In this document: positions 36,020 through 47,229 of the stretch, in pieces
How the letters are laid out: every line of letters starts with the position of its first letter
Numbering within the stretch: position 1 is the stretch's first letter
Source of the DNA: Dudresnaya verticillata
Lineage: Eukaryota
DNA length: 64,000 nucleotides
Direction: 5' to 3'
NCBI GenBank assembly: GCA_977862235.1
Contig: OZ374563.1
Location: 1,178,001-1,242,000 of the forward strand
The notes under the pieces: model-generated
Database searches by the model: none
Seen by the model: the letters and a program-made list of their open reading frames with translations, nothing else
Told to the model about the DNA's origin: nothing
Program-made: the position numbers and the translations under genes

Positions 36020-39000
36020 TGTGATACAGCTCTTTGAGCCGGATCTGATCTGTTCTCGCTGCCGCCGTCGCATCTCGATAAGAGATCACCCGCCGGGGGA
36101 ACAAGATGTTCTCCTCACCCTCCGTTCTCCTCTCTCTTTCCCCACCCTCCCGCCCTTTTCGAAACTTGGAAACATGCCTCTCTGTATCTTTGTTTTTATT
36201 TAGATGGGATATGGGGTAAGGGGGGAAGTCAGAACTTTTACACTTGGCAAAAGGCACGGGGCACCGCCGGCTAATCAGGTGAAGAAGCGGACGGGTAAGG
36301 TATTTATATCGAACCCCGCCGAAGTTGGACAGGTCCAGAGTTCAGAGTTCGAGCCTTCCCGGTGATACGCCGACAATAATCGTTTTGTAGAAATACTTTA
36401 CGAAGTTCGCTGTCACTTCAGATAGAAGGGGACCGGCAGTAGAGTATTGCCCACGCGTAAATGGATTACTGTTTCAACAGTCTGGAGGCGGAAACCCATA
36501 CGACTTTCCACCGCACTGCCATTTCGATCTCCTCCATGCCTCGAACTCAAGACGCCTCCTCTTCCTCTTTCTTACCTTCAGACATCCTCCGTAGAAGGCA
36601 GAAGATGCCGCCGAGACGACACTCTGGTTGACATCGTAAGGAAGTTGCCGACGGCATGTAGTAGAATGGTTTTCAAGCCAGAGTAGACGGCCACACAGCA
36701 CGACAGCTATCCTGAAAGCGTGATCCCACTCGCGTGGTTGGTAGCTCAAAAAGGGGTGGTAGAGACTTGAGAGGGCTGCAAGCCCTGCAAAAGAGGGATA
36801 AAAGGGAAGGCGAACCGTACTGCTTAGAGCAGTCGTCGTAGGTAGCACGGCTTGTAAACGCCTAACGGGGGTTGTAGCGATGATACCGTGAGAGTCCAAC
36901 AAAATGGAAAACCCCAAGGCACACACCTCTGCCCGATTAGTGCGGGGCCCCTGCTACTCAGGGGCCTAATAAATATGGTGGGAGCCGGAAAGATACTACC
37001 CGCTCAGTTAGAGCTAACATGCTAACAGTGAGCTAATACTGTACACTAACAGTTTCACTAGCGATTAAAAATAGAAATGAGCGGTCATACCGCTTCCGTA
37101 CGTACGGTGTAAGACGCCGCGCACAAAATAGGCGTGAAATCATGGTGCGTATCCACCAATCAGCGAGCATAGTGCTCACGTAGTTAATTGTCCAATGGCA
37201 AGCAGCCATCTCACTCCTGTGTCCCACGCCTTACAGGCGTCGTGTGTACACGTGGCTCCTAACAGCGCCCCAGCGCTCGTTATACCACACGGCCCCCTTC
37301 TTAAAACTGAGCGCCCGCGCTCAGTAGAGAGCTGTACAGCGATGCTGTTTCCAAAGCCTGTGGCCGTTGAGATTCGAAATCTCGGTCCGTTCGTCGGCCC
37401 AATAGCCACGGATGTGAAAACGACTCCTTTCAACCGTCTCAACGGTGAGGCCAAGTCAGCGCGACTTGAGCCGTCGGCGTTGGCACGACCGGTATCGATT
37501 GCGGGAAACGCCAGACGGGCGTGCGCCTATTTCAACGCCGGCTCCTAGCCGTCTCCGCTCTCACTGTGCCCAGCACACTCACACCCCCTGCTCCACCGAC
37601 GCCATCTCTTTCCCAAGCGCTCGGCCGCTTCCGGCGTTGACGTCCTCCACAGCTCACAGCCGTTGTCGGGTACGCAGTCGGTGTCGACAGCTTTCCCAGG
37701 TTGCACGCGTGTCAGCGTTCGCCGGCTCCCGGCCGCTTTGTCAGGTCGCGCTCGTCAGCCTTAAGGCTTGGCTTTGGAGCCGACGGTCAGATTCAAGAAC
37801 GGCTTCCGCGCCGGAGAAGGTTGCTCAGGTCGCGTTCATTGGTAAAACTGGTTTTGGAGCCGACAGTCAGGCAGAAGAACGGCTTCCGCGCCGTAGGCGT
37901 CATCAGGTCGTGCTCACTACCCAGCAGGGTCAGTTGTGGAGCCGACGCCAACCAAGGAAAAGGTCTTCGAACCTTAGGATATTTGATCCCCGGACGGCTT
38001 GGAAGTCGTTGGGGTATTCGCTCGCCATAGCGAAATGGCTCCGCCACACTTGGCGTATGGGGCGGCAGGCTCGAGTGCCAATGTCTTGGGACATGAGGTG
38101 GATGCGGCTGGCGTGCCGATAGCGATCTTCCACAGCCGCAACTGGCTCTTGCGTACCGATCTAACACATGTAAAGATGTGGGCAGGAGCTAGTCGCAAGG
38201 AGGTTCGCGGCATCGGGGGGAGGATGGCTCAAAGCCGTGTTTGGAATTGCCTCATGCGCACGCGCGTCAGCATCTTGAACGGTACCAACCGGTTCCTCCC
38301 GCGCCTTGATGGCGATGCCGAGACATTGCAATGGGATCTTGCCTATGTAAGGTTTAGGCACGAGGTTGCGTGGAGCAATAACTTGACTCAGAACTTAACT
38401 TCGCAGGCCGCTCTGTTCATGAGATTCACCAGAGCGGCGAGTCGGACCTTCGACTGGTCATGCATGAGCGTCCACTCATTCGGCAGGGGAGGGATAACTT
38501 CCCGTATAGAATGGCCCGCGTGGTGCGGTGGGATGAGTCATCCAACTTAAAATATGCCCTGAATAACCCCCAGACGGCTATGCCGTTGGAGCATTCCCGC
38601 TTCGAGCGAAAGCAACGCCAAAGACAGGGTGTCTCATCCCTTGCCACTGTCAAGAGGTGACGGCTATTAAGCCGGAGTGGTATAACGGGAAGTACCCCCA
38701 GATTCCAGACGATCATAAGAATCTCGAGGTCTCAAACTCAATGCCCGTTGGAGCTCCGACTATCGTCGCTTACCTCGGTCTAGAAATGATGGCTAAGGCC
38801 ATGGATGACAGTGTACTGTGGAGTATCTTCCGCCATGAGTGTATTGACCTCGTCGTACAGACCTTGGTCTATGAGGCTCGTCGAGGCCTTTTGTATTTCA
38901 TCGGCCAACCATTGCGCGTGGCCATTCGGGCTCTGAGCCCGACGGCTCTTACGGCGGACGCTGAAGACGCCAAGGACATAGAAGTCCTACTCGTATTCAT

Positions 39001-39181
39001 AGAGCGTATCCGCTGGAGCGAAATTTCCAAGATGAATCGACATCTTCCGGATAATACCGGTCATCTGACTCCAGTCTTCAATCGTGGAGACTGGGTGGAT
39101 TTTGATCCTCAGAAGTGGCATCCACTCTTAACACAGGTTTCCCGCGTTTCAGAATGTACTTTCAAAAACAGAGTGAACTAA
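36020..39181 (-). mobile_element. Truncated fourth Gypsy-like element G4: probable 3' LTR (~36020-37289), PPT and antisense gene; no gag or pol present
   Basis: TATACCACA-CGGCCCCCTTC at 37281-37300 has the same LTR/PPT junction as G2. The left LTR end (TGTGATAC at 36020) is tentative. Confidence 0.62.
37700..39181 (+). pseudogene. G4 antisense gene remnant with an N-terminal ~80-bp tandem repeat (37740-37945)
   Basis: PEWY...PVGAPTIVAYL...FRHECIDLV aligns by eye with G1 AEWY...IPWITVDRYF...SDEYAFEV and G3 PTVVAYF...QAEWAMLV. Confidence 0.55.
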
Positions 39182-40201
39182 AACCCTTCCAAAGTACATG
39201 CGTTGGAAAGGGCAGCGTCCCCTGAGCACGCTGGTGCAAACGGAGTAGAGAACTAAGTAGTAGTTCGCGAGTTATGTCGGTTGGCGTGCTAACCCGGCAG
39301 CGTGTCTGAAATAGTTAATTTTGCTGTAATTTCTGAACTTTTTTAATTCGGATTTTGAGGTAACCTGGGCTACTTCCATGGGCCCCTCTCCGCGCAGTAT
39401 ACGCTGCCCCGACAGTACAGAACTACTCGTCAGTTCAATGCCGCTCTCCCCGTGACATGCAGAGTACTGCAGCACTGCCAGTAATTCCCTTCCCGGACAC
39501 ACTCCGGTGCAACTTCGGGCATTCGTCACCCGTCAACTGCACGCTACACTCTCTACTGCCATGCACTCTCTGCTCTTCCCTAGGCGTCAGGACTTGCTCT
39601 GCGCATTCGCACTCGCCCGCCACACTCTCCCTCCTCACCGGCACATCGGCTCGTTGTCCTTCGCGACAACCAAAAACCCCACCCAGGTATTGTAATCCCT
39701 GTTTCCCCAACGTTACAGCATGTGCTGCACAGTGCGACGGCATTCATGTAGCGCTGTTCCCAGTGTATACCGTCCTCTCCGTCGACCTACTCCATGTGGT
39801 TTGGACTGGGCTCCGGTACTGAATTTTGTCCCACATTGCCGTGAATTCGCCGTGGTAATAAGTTAGACCTCGTTCCCCGCTCCGGACACCTCTTACTTCA
39901 CCCGTGCAGTTCCCTACACATGTTAGCTGAAGCTCGCCAGACACTCCGGTCAAAACCACAAACGCCCATTTCTAGTCATGCACTTGAACCAACTTCGAAA
40001 GTGCACTCAAAGCCGTCTCCCGTAGTAGTCCACACCACGATTCCTTACTTGCGCCTGTTCCCCTCTTCAAGCGCCTCAGCATGATAAACATACACAACCG
40101 CTCCCGTACTCACTTTATCTGTAACTAACACTCCTCAACTACCTTTACCCTAAACCTCAGTCCGCTTCAGACTCCGGGTCTTCTTCATCGACCTCCACCA
40201 G

Positions 40202-40426
40202 CTAACACCCTAAGAAGACTAGTATTCCCTCCAGCACCACCTTCACCGCCTCCCCAACTGCGACAGCATCCGCAATCATGTCCCATGCCCGCTCCATCAA
40301 GTCCAGACGAAGCCACATGGCGTCACTGGTATGACGCCTAGCTCGCGCCCGAGCTTCTTCTAGCTCGGCGCGCAGTTTCCGCACCTCCAGCACCAACGCT
40401 TCCGGTGCTTCATCGCAACTCTCCAT
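40202..40426 (-). CDS. Small coiled-coil protein, unknown
   Basis: Intact 74-aa ORF with heptad-like EVRKLRAELEEARAR. TATAAAAG lies about 45 bp upstream (40471-40478). Confidence 0.5.
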   Translation of the reverse strand: MESCDEAPEALVLEVRKLRAELEEARARARRHTSDAMWLRLDLMERAWDMIADAVAVGEAVKVVLEGILVFLGC

Positions 40427-40608
40427 CTAAGTCGTCTCCACCAACCCTCAAACCGACACTGTACCACTCCCTTTTATAGACGGAACCGGGCACCATTCTG
40501 AAGTTTAGTTGACCTCGTTTACACCAACTGTGCACATCTTTTCCCTATTGCGACACCGCTGCAACGTCGGGAATCTTTAGCATGCAAACCGTTCTTGGTG
40601 CTTAGTTG

Positions 40609-41112
40609 TTATTCTTTTAGCGGACGCGGCGAATCCCAATCGATGGGAGTACCTGGTGGCGGAATGTTCACAATGTTCATCCCTGCGATTCTGCGCTTCT
40701 CTTCATGGACTTTGGGAACTGCTGTCTCATACTGCCGACGTTCTCGTGCTGACAAGTTATCCATGTCTATAAGCAGAGGGTTGGGAGCCATCTCACGCAG
40801 CTTCTGCATTCCTCTCTCCCTTGCATCCCTGAGAAAGTTTCTCAATGCGAAATCTTGCCCGCGCCCTGCCACACTGTATTTCCCTTCTTTCCCTATTACA
40901 TCCGTCATGAAACTCTTGAAGACCGACGTGTCAAAGAGCTTGATGCTCAGAGTTTCTAGACCGATTATTTCCTTCCCTGCGCTGCTGAAGTATATCAATA
41001 TACTCTCCAATCTAGCCACTCCGATCCGTTTCAGGATGTCCTTCGCACACTCCCCTTCCTTGCACAAGTCGGCTACATTCAGGGACTCCATTTTCTGGCC
41101 CACTTCCACCAT
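40609..41112 (-). CDS. Hypothetical protein; start uncertain
   Basis: 167-aa ORF with protein-like composition and no recognised motif. Confidence 0.45.
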   Translation of the reverse strand: MVEVGQKMESLNVADLCKEGECAKDILKRIGVARLESILIYFSSAGKEIIGLETLSIKLFDTSVFKSFMTDVIGKEGKYSVAGRGQDFALRNFLRDARERGMQKLREMAPNPLLIDMDNLSARERRQYETAVPKVHEEKRRIAGMNIVNIPPPGTPIDWDSPRPLKE

Positions 41113-41824
41113 ATCAAATGTTACGTCCTGCAGCTCTGTCAGACATTAACGGTGTCAGACGGGTTTCTGTGCTCCAATCTGTTATGCTCGATAGTGCCAT
41201 TCATGTACCATGCACGATTCAAGTTCAATGGCATGCAGTCCTGAGTAACTGAGCGTGAGCAACTTCCGAGACTCGGTGAGGGGCGCTTCCTGTTGCAGCA
41301 GTTATCTCAACATCGCGGTGGCGGGCTTCGGTCTTCATTATTGCTTCGTGCCGTAAACTGTCGTGAGAGATGTCTTACAGGATATATTGTTCCCACTTCT
41401 CTCCACAATGTGTATGGGAGAGAGACCGAGCTCATCACATGAACCTGAGATTCGAATTGCCCACGTATTAATTGGCACGCGTATTAGCACACGTTTTTGT
41501 CCTACCCAAATTTAATTGACGAGAATCAGAATCTCCCTTCCACCACCGTTTCGGTTGCACTCAAACTGTACGGTCGTCCCCAGGGCAGTTACATGACGTA
41601 AAGACACGTATCTTTATTCCGTCGTTGAAAGAAGGCACACAGGGTCTCCATGCGATACACAGTGTGATGTCTGTCTCCAAGGCTTAGACTATAGCGGTAG
41701 TCTGTGCGGTCAATGCGGGAAAGCTCACTTGCCACCTTGCACGCCCCTTACGGGGTTTGACTAAGTTCTTGAATTCGCTCTACAATCCTTCACGGCCATC
41801 TAGGTAATCACCTTCATATTCGGA

Positions 41825-44754
41825 ATGGGTGGTGGGAAGCGAAAGTCGAGAGGTGCTGGACCTAAACAGATTCCTCGATCCACGCAGACCGCAAAAGCTC
41901 TATTCGCCGACTTAATAGATGGTTCCGTCAACACAAGAGTAGACCCCGCTTCCTGTATTCCATTGACGGCCATTCGTCGTATTGTGAGGTCTGGACTGGA
42001 GCGTTTGAAGGCACGCTTTGATGTGTCGCGCAAGGACCTCCACGATCCTCGAGCCAGTGCAATTGGATATGTTGCTGGTTCTGACGCTCCCATTGTAATT
42101 GAAATGTCTGGGTCCTTTCGATCTTCGGTAATTGAGCACTTCCAACAAAAGTTGAAAAATGCGGAACGTCATACTCGCAAAAAGAATCCGTGGAAATGTC
42201 AAAAACTCGAGCGAAATGGTATGGAGTAGTGGACGGGATGCACAGACTTATAGCTATCACAGAACTCCGGGAGGAGGATTACGGGACGTGGAAATCTTTC
42301 TCATGGCCTGTTACTGTTCTGAGAGGGAGCCATGAATTGCAGTCACTTCGAAAATTGGCTCGTCACCAAAATGACAAGCACGATTCTTCATTCTACATCG
42401 AGACTACCTTCTTCGATACTCTTCGAGGCCTGAGAGAGGAGGCAGATCGTCTCACAGCGGGGAATGGCGGAAAACTTCCGAATGCCACGAGGATTGCTGA
42501 AGCCTATGACGGATGCAACCATTTCAGGGACAATACTGTTAAACAGACTGCTCAGACTGTCCTTAGACTTGACCGCGCAGTGATTGCCACAATCGGAGAC
42601 ATTATAGACGAGAATAGGGGTGATATGGTCTCGATTCGATCTACAACTGTGGATCACAAGGACATCAATAAGAGTATGGACTGTCGAGTGTACCGCACGT
42701 TCATCAATGTAACATCTCTCAAGTCCGCAACAGTGTTCATGAACGCGTCAAAAGCACCGGATGGTGTACAAGCACAGATTGCGACTTTATACCGTTTGAG
42801 AGAATTGCACCGTTTACACAACTTCAAAACGCTGTCTTACCGGTACACCGTGGAACAGTTTCAGAAGGCCACCGCCGCTCTTCACGAGGTTCGTAAGTTT
42901 GAAGCTCTCCGGGAAAGTCACGAGTGACCAGAGTCCATGCAGGTGCTTCAATCTAACCTTCTCAATACACAGAAGATGGATGACGAGGTTGCGGAGAATA
43001 TAGGAAATGACAAGGACATTGTGGCATCTATACTGGAATTGTACAGGGATGTCTGTCCCCAGGAAGCTGCTGTTAAGGAGAAGAAGCATGCCGACTTGCT
43101 TAAGAGCTTTGGCGGAAATAAGACAACACATAGTTCAGGACAGTGTCCAGATAATGCCGCTCTGGAAGGGTCGCACTTGCACTGTGATAGTGCCGAGCGC
43201 ACTGATTGTGGAGATTCCGCTCCTTCACCAAAACCTGGGGCACCTGTTGATAAACAGAATTGCAAGTCTGTCGCCGCGGGATGTGTTGGCAGTACTACTG
43301 GTTCCGGAACAAACCCTTCAGAACCGCAGGGAAACGAGCAGGAATCACCAAATGAGGATGGCAACTGTGGCAAAACACATGAACACAAGAAAGGGACCGC
43401 TAATAGCCATGCTGGAGACACTGGGGAGGACACGAATGGCCATCTGGAAGGGAATGCAAAACATACACGATCGTCCGCGTCTACCATACAGTCTGAAAAG
43501 CTCGAAACATCAGGTAATGAAGAAGTCGATGCACTGAATTCAATGAGGATCAGCTGCCATCACATGAGGTGGCAGACGTATGACCAGTCCGTTCGAAACG
43601 ATTCGAGCCCACTGTTAGACCTCGTACTGACGGACCCTCCGTACGGAATACCGCCTAGTAGTTCGAATTCTGGTACATCTTACGACAATTATATCAGCGA
43701 TGGGGAGATTAAGCAACTCATCGAATTCTGTCGAAGGGTCGTTAAACCTGGTCACTGGGTTTTCATCTTCTGCAGTTTCATTAACTTCGCAAAGTATCAA
43801 CGTGCTCTGGTTGATGCTGGGTTCGACTGCCGGGAATATCCCGATACCAGGACATTGCAGGGACATCGTAATGACTATCCACATAATGATACGGAAATAG
43901 CCGCGTTTGGTCGCCGACGGGGAACGTGTGGGGAAAATTCAAGCCTGACATCTCCAGTCCACTTCACTTCTTGGGAAGCAAAGAGCGGCGAAATTTCGCA
44001 ACCTTCTCAAGTGTTACAGTATCGAGACAAAAGCTGCTGAAGCCAGGGACCAAATCCCCTGTTCTGGTAGAGGAGAAGAACGTTTTGGCTCTAATGGAGG
44101 TCATGACAAATTTCTGTCCCGATGGTGGACGGGTTTTGGATGCCTACCGAGGTACCCTGACCACTTGCATTGCAGGTTTGAGAACGGGGCGTCCGACTGT
44201 GGGCATCGAGCAGAACCCTGCAACATTCAGACTGGTATATGATCGTTTGAAGAAAATCGCAGTCGATGTGTGTAATGAAAAGCAGCGCTCTTCCACACTC
44301 ACTGTCGTCAAACGGCAACACCGCGAAACGACTACCGATACTGATTCCGCTGCGAAGAGACGGAAAGTAGTAAAGAATGAGGAGAATGTGATAACTTCAA
44401 CTGTAACAGACCATGAACCCGCCAAACAGAAACGAACTAGTCCGGAAGGCTCAGAATATGATCCTCTGCGGGGTGCTTCGAAGGTAGTCCTGCTTCAAAG
44501 ACGGAGATAAGGTCGGAACAGCATCTGTGAAACGAAGTGCTGAGAGTTCCAAAATAACTGAGCCTCTTCACGGAGTGTCGTTGTCGAAGGTTGCCAGGGA
44601 AGGAGAACAGCTCGTCTCTCTTTACGGATTCAGCACATTACCTGGATGTGAGTCCCGGAAGTATCCGTATAGTTTCACATGCCAAGAGGAAGCGCTGGAG
44701 ACGCTGAGTGGGCTGGTGGGGTTCTTTGCATGGGATTTGCACAAGTTAGAATAG
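41825..44754 (+). pseudogene. ParB/Srx-like domain fused to a beta-class (permuted) amino-DNA methyltransferase, probably N6-adenine; disrupted
   Basis: YGVVDGMHRLIAI (ParB-like). LDLVLTDPPYG (motif IV) precedes VLDAYRGTLTT...GIEQ (motif I region). Frameshifts near 42190 and 43930; stops at 42927 and 44510. Confidence 0.82.
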
Positions 44755-45504
44755 TCATACAATCATCTCTCGATAAGAGGAACCAGTCCGTCGACCCAAG
44801 TTGTTCCTCTAATAGGGCGGTTTTACTTAGGAAAAGGTAGAAAAAATTTTAATATCAACCTGAAGAGAGTAAACAACCCTCATACCGCACAGTACTTAAA
44901 AAATCTACTGGAAGTAGTTCTCTATCCTAGTCTGCCTGGCAGATGTGCATGACTCCGCCTTGACAGCCCGCTGTTTCTGCGCAATACAACGTCTAAAGGG
45001 CGGCGTGTCCTCCCCATATCTCTCCGCAATTCGCTGGCAAATTTTTTTCTGGAGAATTGTGAGGGTTATAAGCGTCATTGTAGAGTGTCTGGGACTTAGT
45101 CTACTCTAGCGTTGCCGTGAAAGGCGTTTATGTTAAATAAGGCTGCGTTTCAGCTCTACCGCCGTCGTTATCATCGCCTGGAGGCCTTTAACGGTCGTTT
45201 TTTACAATATGAACGTTGTAGTGGTGCCCCTCGGGCGTGAAGTGTCGGTTTTAGATATCGAAAGTGGAACTACTGTTGTTTTTTGATATAATTTCGCTTC
45301 TCCCAAGTGCGGAGACCCGTTTCGGTTTCTGTAATAGGGGGTTGCCCGTTATGACGGGTTTCACTAATCGAGAGATGACTGTAGTACGATATTACCGTTA
45401 GAGTAACCTCCGAGATGCATATTGGGTATAATCGAGCTTTTCAGAATCCTCCGTCTACAGCATTTATTCCAGATCAAATGCGGCTTTGCTGCAATGGCCT
45501 TGCA

Positions 45505-46194
45505 ATGTCTGGAACGTGGACAACGACATACCCCATGAACTCCTCACATGTACATCGCGACCGAATTCCGAGTCTTGACCCCACGACAATGTTGCGTGTA
45601 GTTCAGACTCTTCGGGCTGAGGTTCTTGAGATGAGGTCGTTCATTGACGACGTAGGACTGCGCCTGGATGCCGTATATAGCGATTTTTCAACCGCGTGGG
45701 AAAGGTGGTTGTACAGGTGATGAGGTTTGCCAGGCAGGCTCGGGACAGACTACGTTTAATTGAAGAAAGGTTGGGAATTGAACACAGAGAGGAGGTGGAC
45801 ATCGAGTTGGATTCAGATCCGGAATCACATTTGCCTGCCCCTCCAGTTTGATCGCCATTGCACTGCACACCGACATGCCTAGTGAGAAGCGGCTAGAAGA
45901 GAAATCAGAATCACGCGTCAAACACTCCAGGAGCTGAGAGATGAGATTGACGACCTCCGTCTGCAGGTTCGACAACTGCAGACGAGAGCAAACTATCTCG
46001 ATAACCAACTTCGGGCCGTGGCACAAGCCGTGAGAGAGATTGTGTATGGTGAAGGCAGGCGTGCTGTGAACGCGCTGAGGAGCATTAGGGGGATAGTCAT
46101 TGCCCTATACAGGGCGATTACCAGAATGTATGGTCCAGCACAGAACGAACAGAACCCCGGTTCGGATGGAGGGGGGGATACTGGAAATGTGTAG
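45505..46194 (+). pseudogene. Two tandem small coiled-coil ORF remnants (45505-45851 and 45875-46194)
   Basis: VVQTLRAEVLEMR...LRLD and TLQELRDEIDDLRLQVRQLQ heptads. Each needs one frameshift. Confidence 0.4.
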
Positions 46195-46571
46195 CCATCG
46201 GCAATCTTTAGAGTGGTCCTGTGCCTCGCCAGAAACTGAAATGTAAACTGCGTTGTGTTGCATCTTTCCATCTCTTCTCACGCTCGAATAACACGACACG
46301 CGCCATTATCCGTGCCTGACGGTAATGCCGCGGAGGACGACTTCCTGTGCTGTGCGCTGTGCGCAGGACATTTGGCCATGCGAGAGCGTTTCTGCGTCAC
46401 ATGGACGCCGGCTCTAAACCCGGCGCGGGGTCAGCAACCATAGCCTCGGCGTGAACAGGAAGAACGGGCGGCAGTGTGGATGGTGCGCGGCATGGTGCGC
46501 GAGGTGCACGCACAAATCTGGCGACGAGCGCCGGCAGGCGGCGGACTGTGTACGACCGAGCCCCGGGAGCC

Positions 46572-46913
46572 CCGGATAGGTTTTCACATCACGACCTTGC
46601 AGAAACCTAAAAACTATTATTAATATTGACGAATAGATTTTCACGGCGCGCGAGATCGAGTATCAGTTTAATAGGTATTTCTACACTGAATCTGGAAATA
46701 CCTATATAGGTCTTTTCTAAATCACTTTCACAAAACCTATTGCAATAGGTTTTGCTGTTGCCGCGTCAGAAATACCATTATAGGTATTTGCAAGCACGCA
46801 AACAGAATACCTATTAGAAAGGTTTTTGCGTCGCCGGGTCGAGAAAACCTAAAAACTAATATCGATATTGCCGGATATGTCCTGGCGGCTCGCATTCGCA
46901 GAAACCTATCCGG
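46572..46913. repeat. Dyad-symmetric array of eight 35-bp inverted-repeat units (ATAGGT-N23-ACCTAT consensus)
   Basis: Units start at 46576, 46633, 46671, 46706, 46745, 46780, 46818 and 46875. Gaps are 22, 3, 0, 4, 0, 3, 22. CCGG flanks both ends. Confidence 0.9.
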
Positions 46914-47229
46914 TCATCTCGGAATCACACAGTCCCGTCGCTGCAGGCACGCGACCGCGCGGTCGGTATGACACACATCAGAATAGCTGCATCTGCTTCC
47001 CTGCCCAAAACTACCCCTGCATATCACACCCACACCCTCAGCTGTATGTGCCGCCCTGAGCAGGCTGCAGTCGCAGCACAGCGTCGACGTCCGCCTGGTG
47101 TGGTCGAGGTCTGCCGCGTCTGCTGCTGCGCTAATCGAGCGTAGAAGCGCGCGCAATACGCTCCCATCATCATCGCGATATTGTTCCCACAGCGGCCGCG
47201 CCCACGCCTCCGGGCTGCTTCCGTGTTGC

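Noticed and set aside
44900..44935. Helitron 3' end (short hairpin plus CTAG-T)
   Set aside because: The hairpin is only about 4 bp and AT-rich, with no Rep/helicase or matching 5' end.
46572..46913. CRISPR array
   Set aside because: Variable cores are only 13-16 nt, the spacing is mirror-symmetric rather than tandem, no cas genes are present, and the context is eukaryotic.
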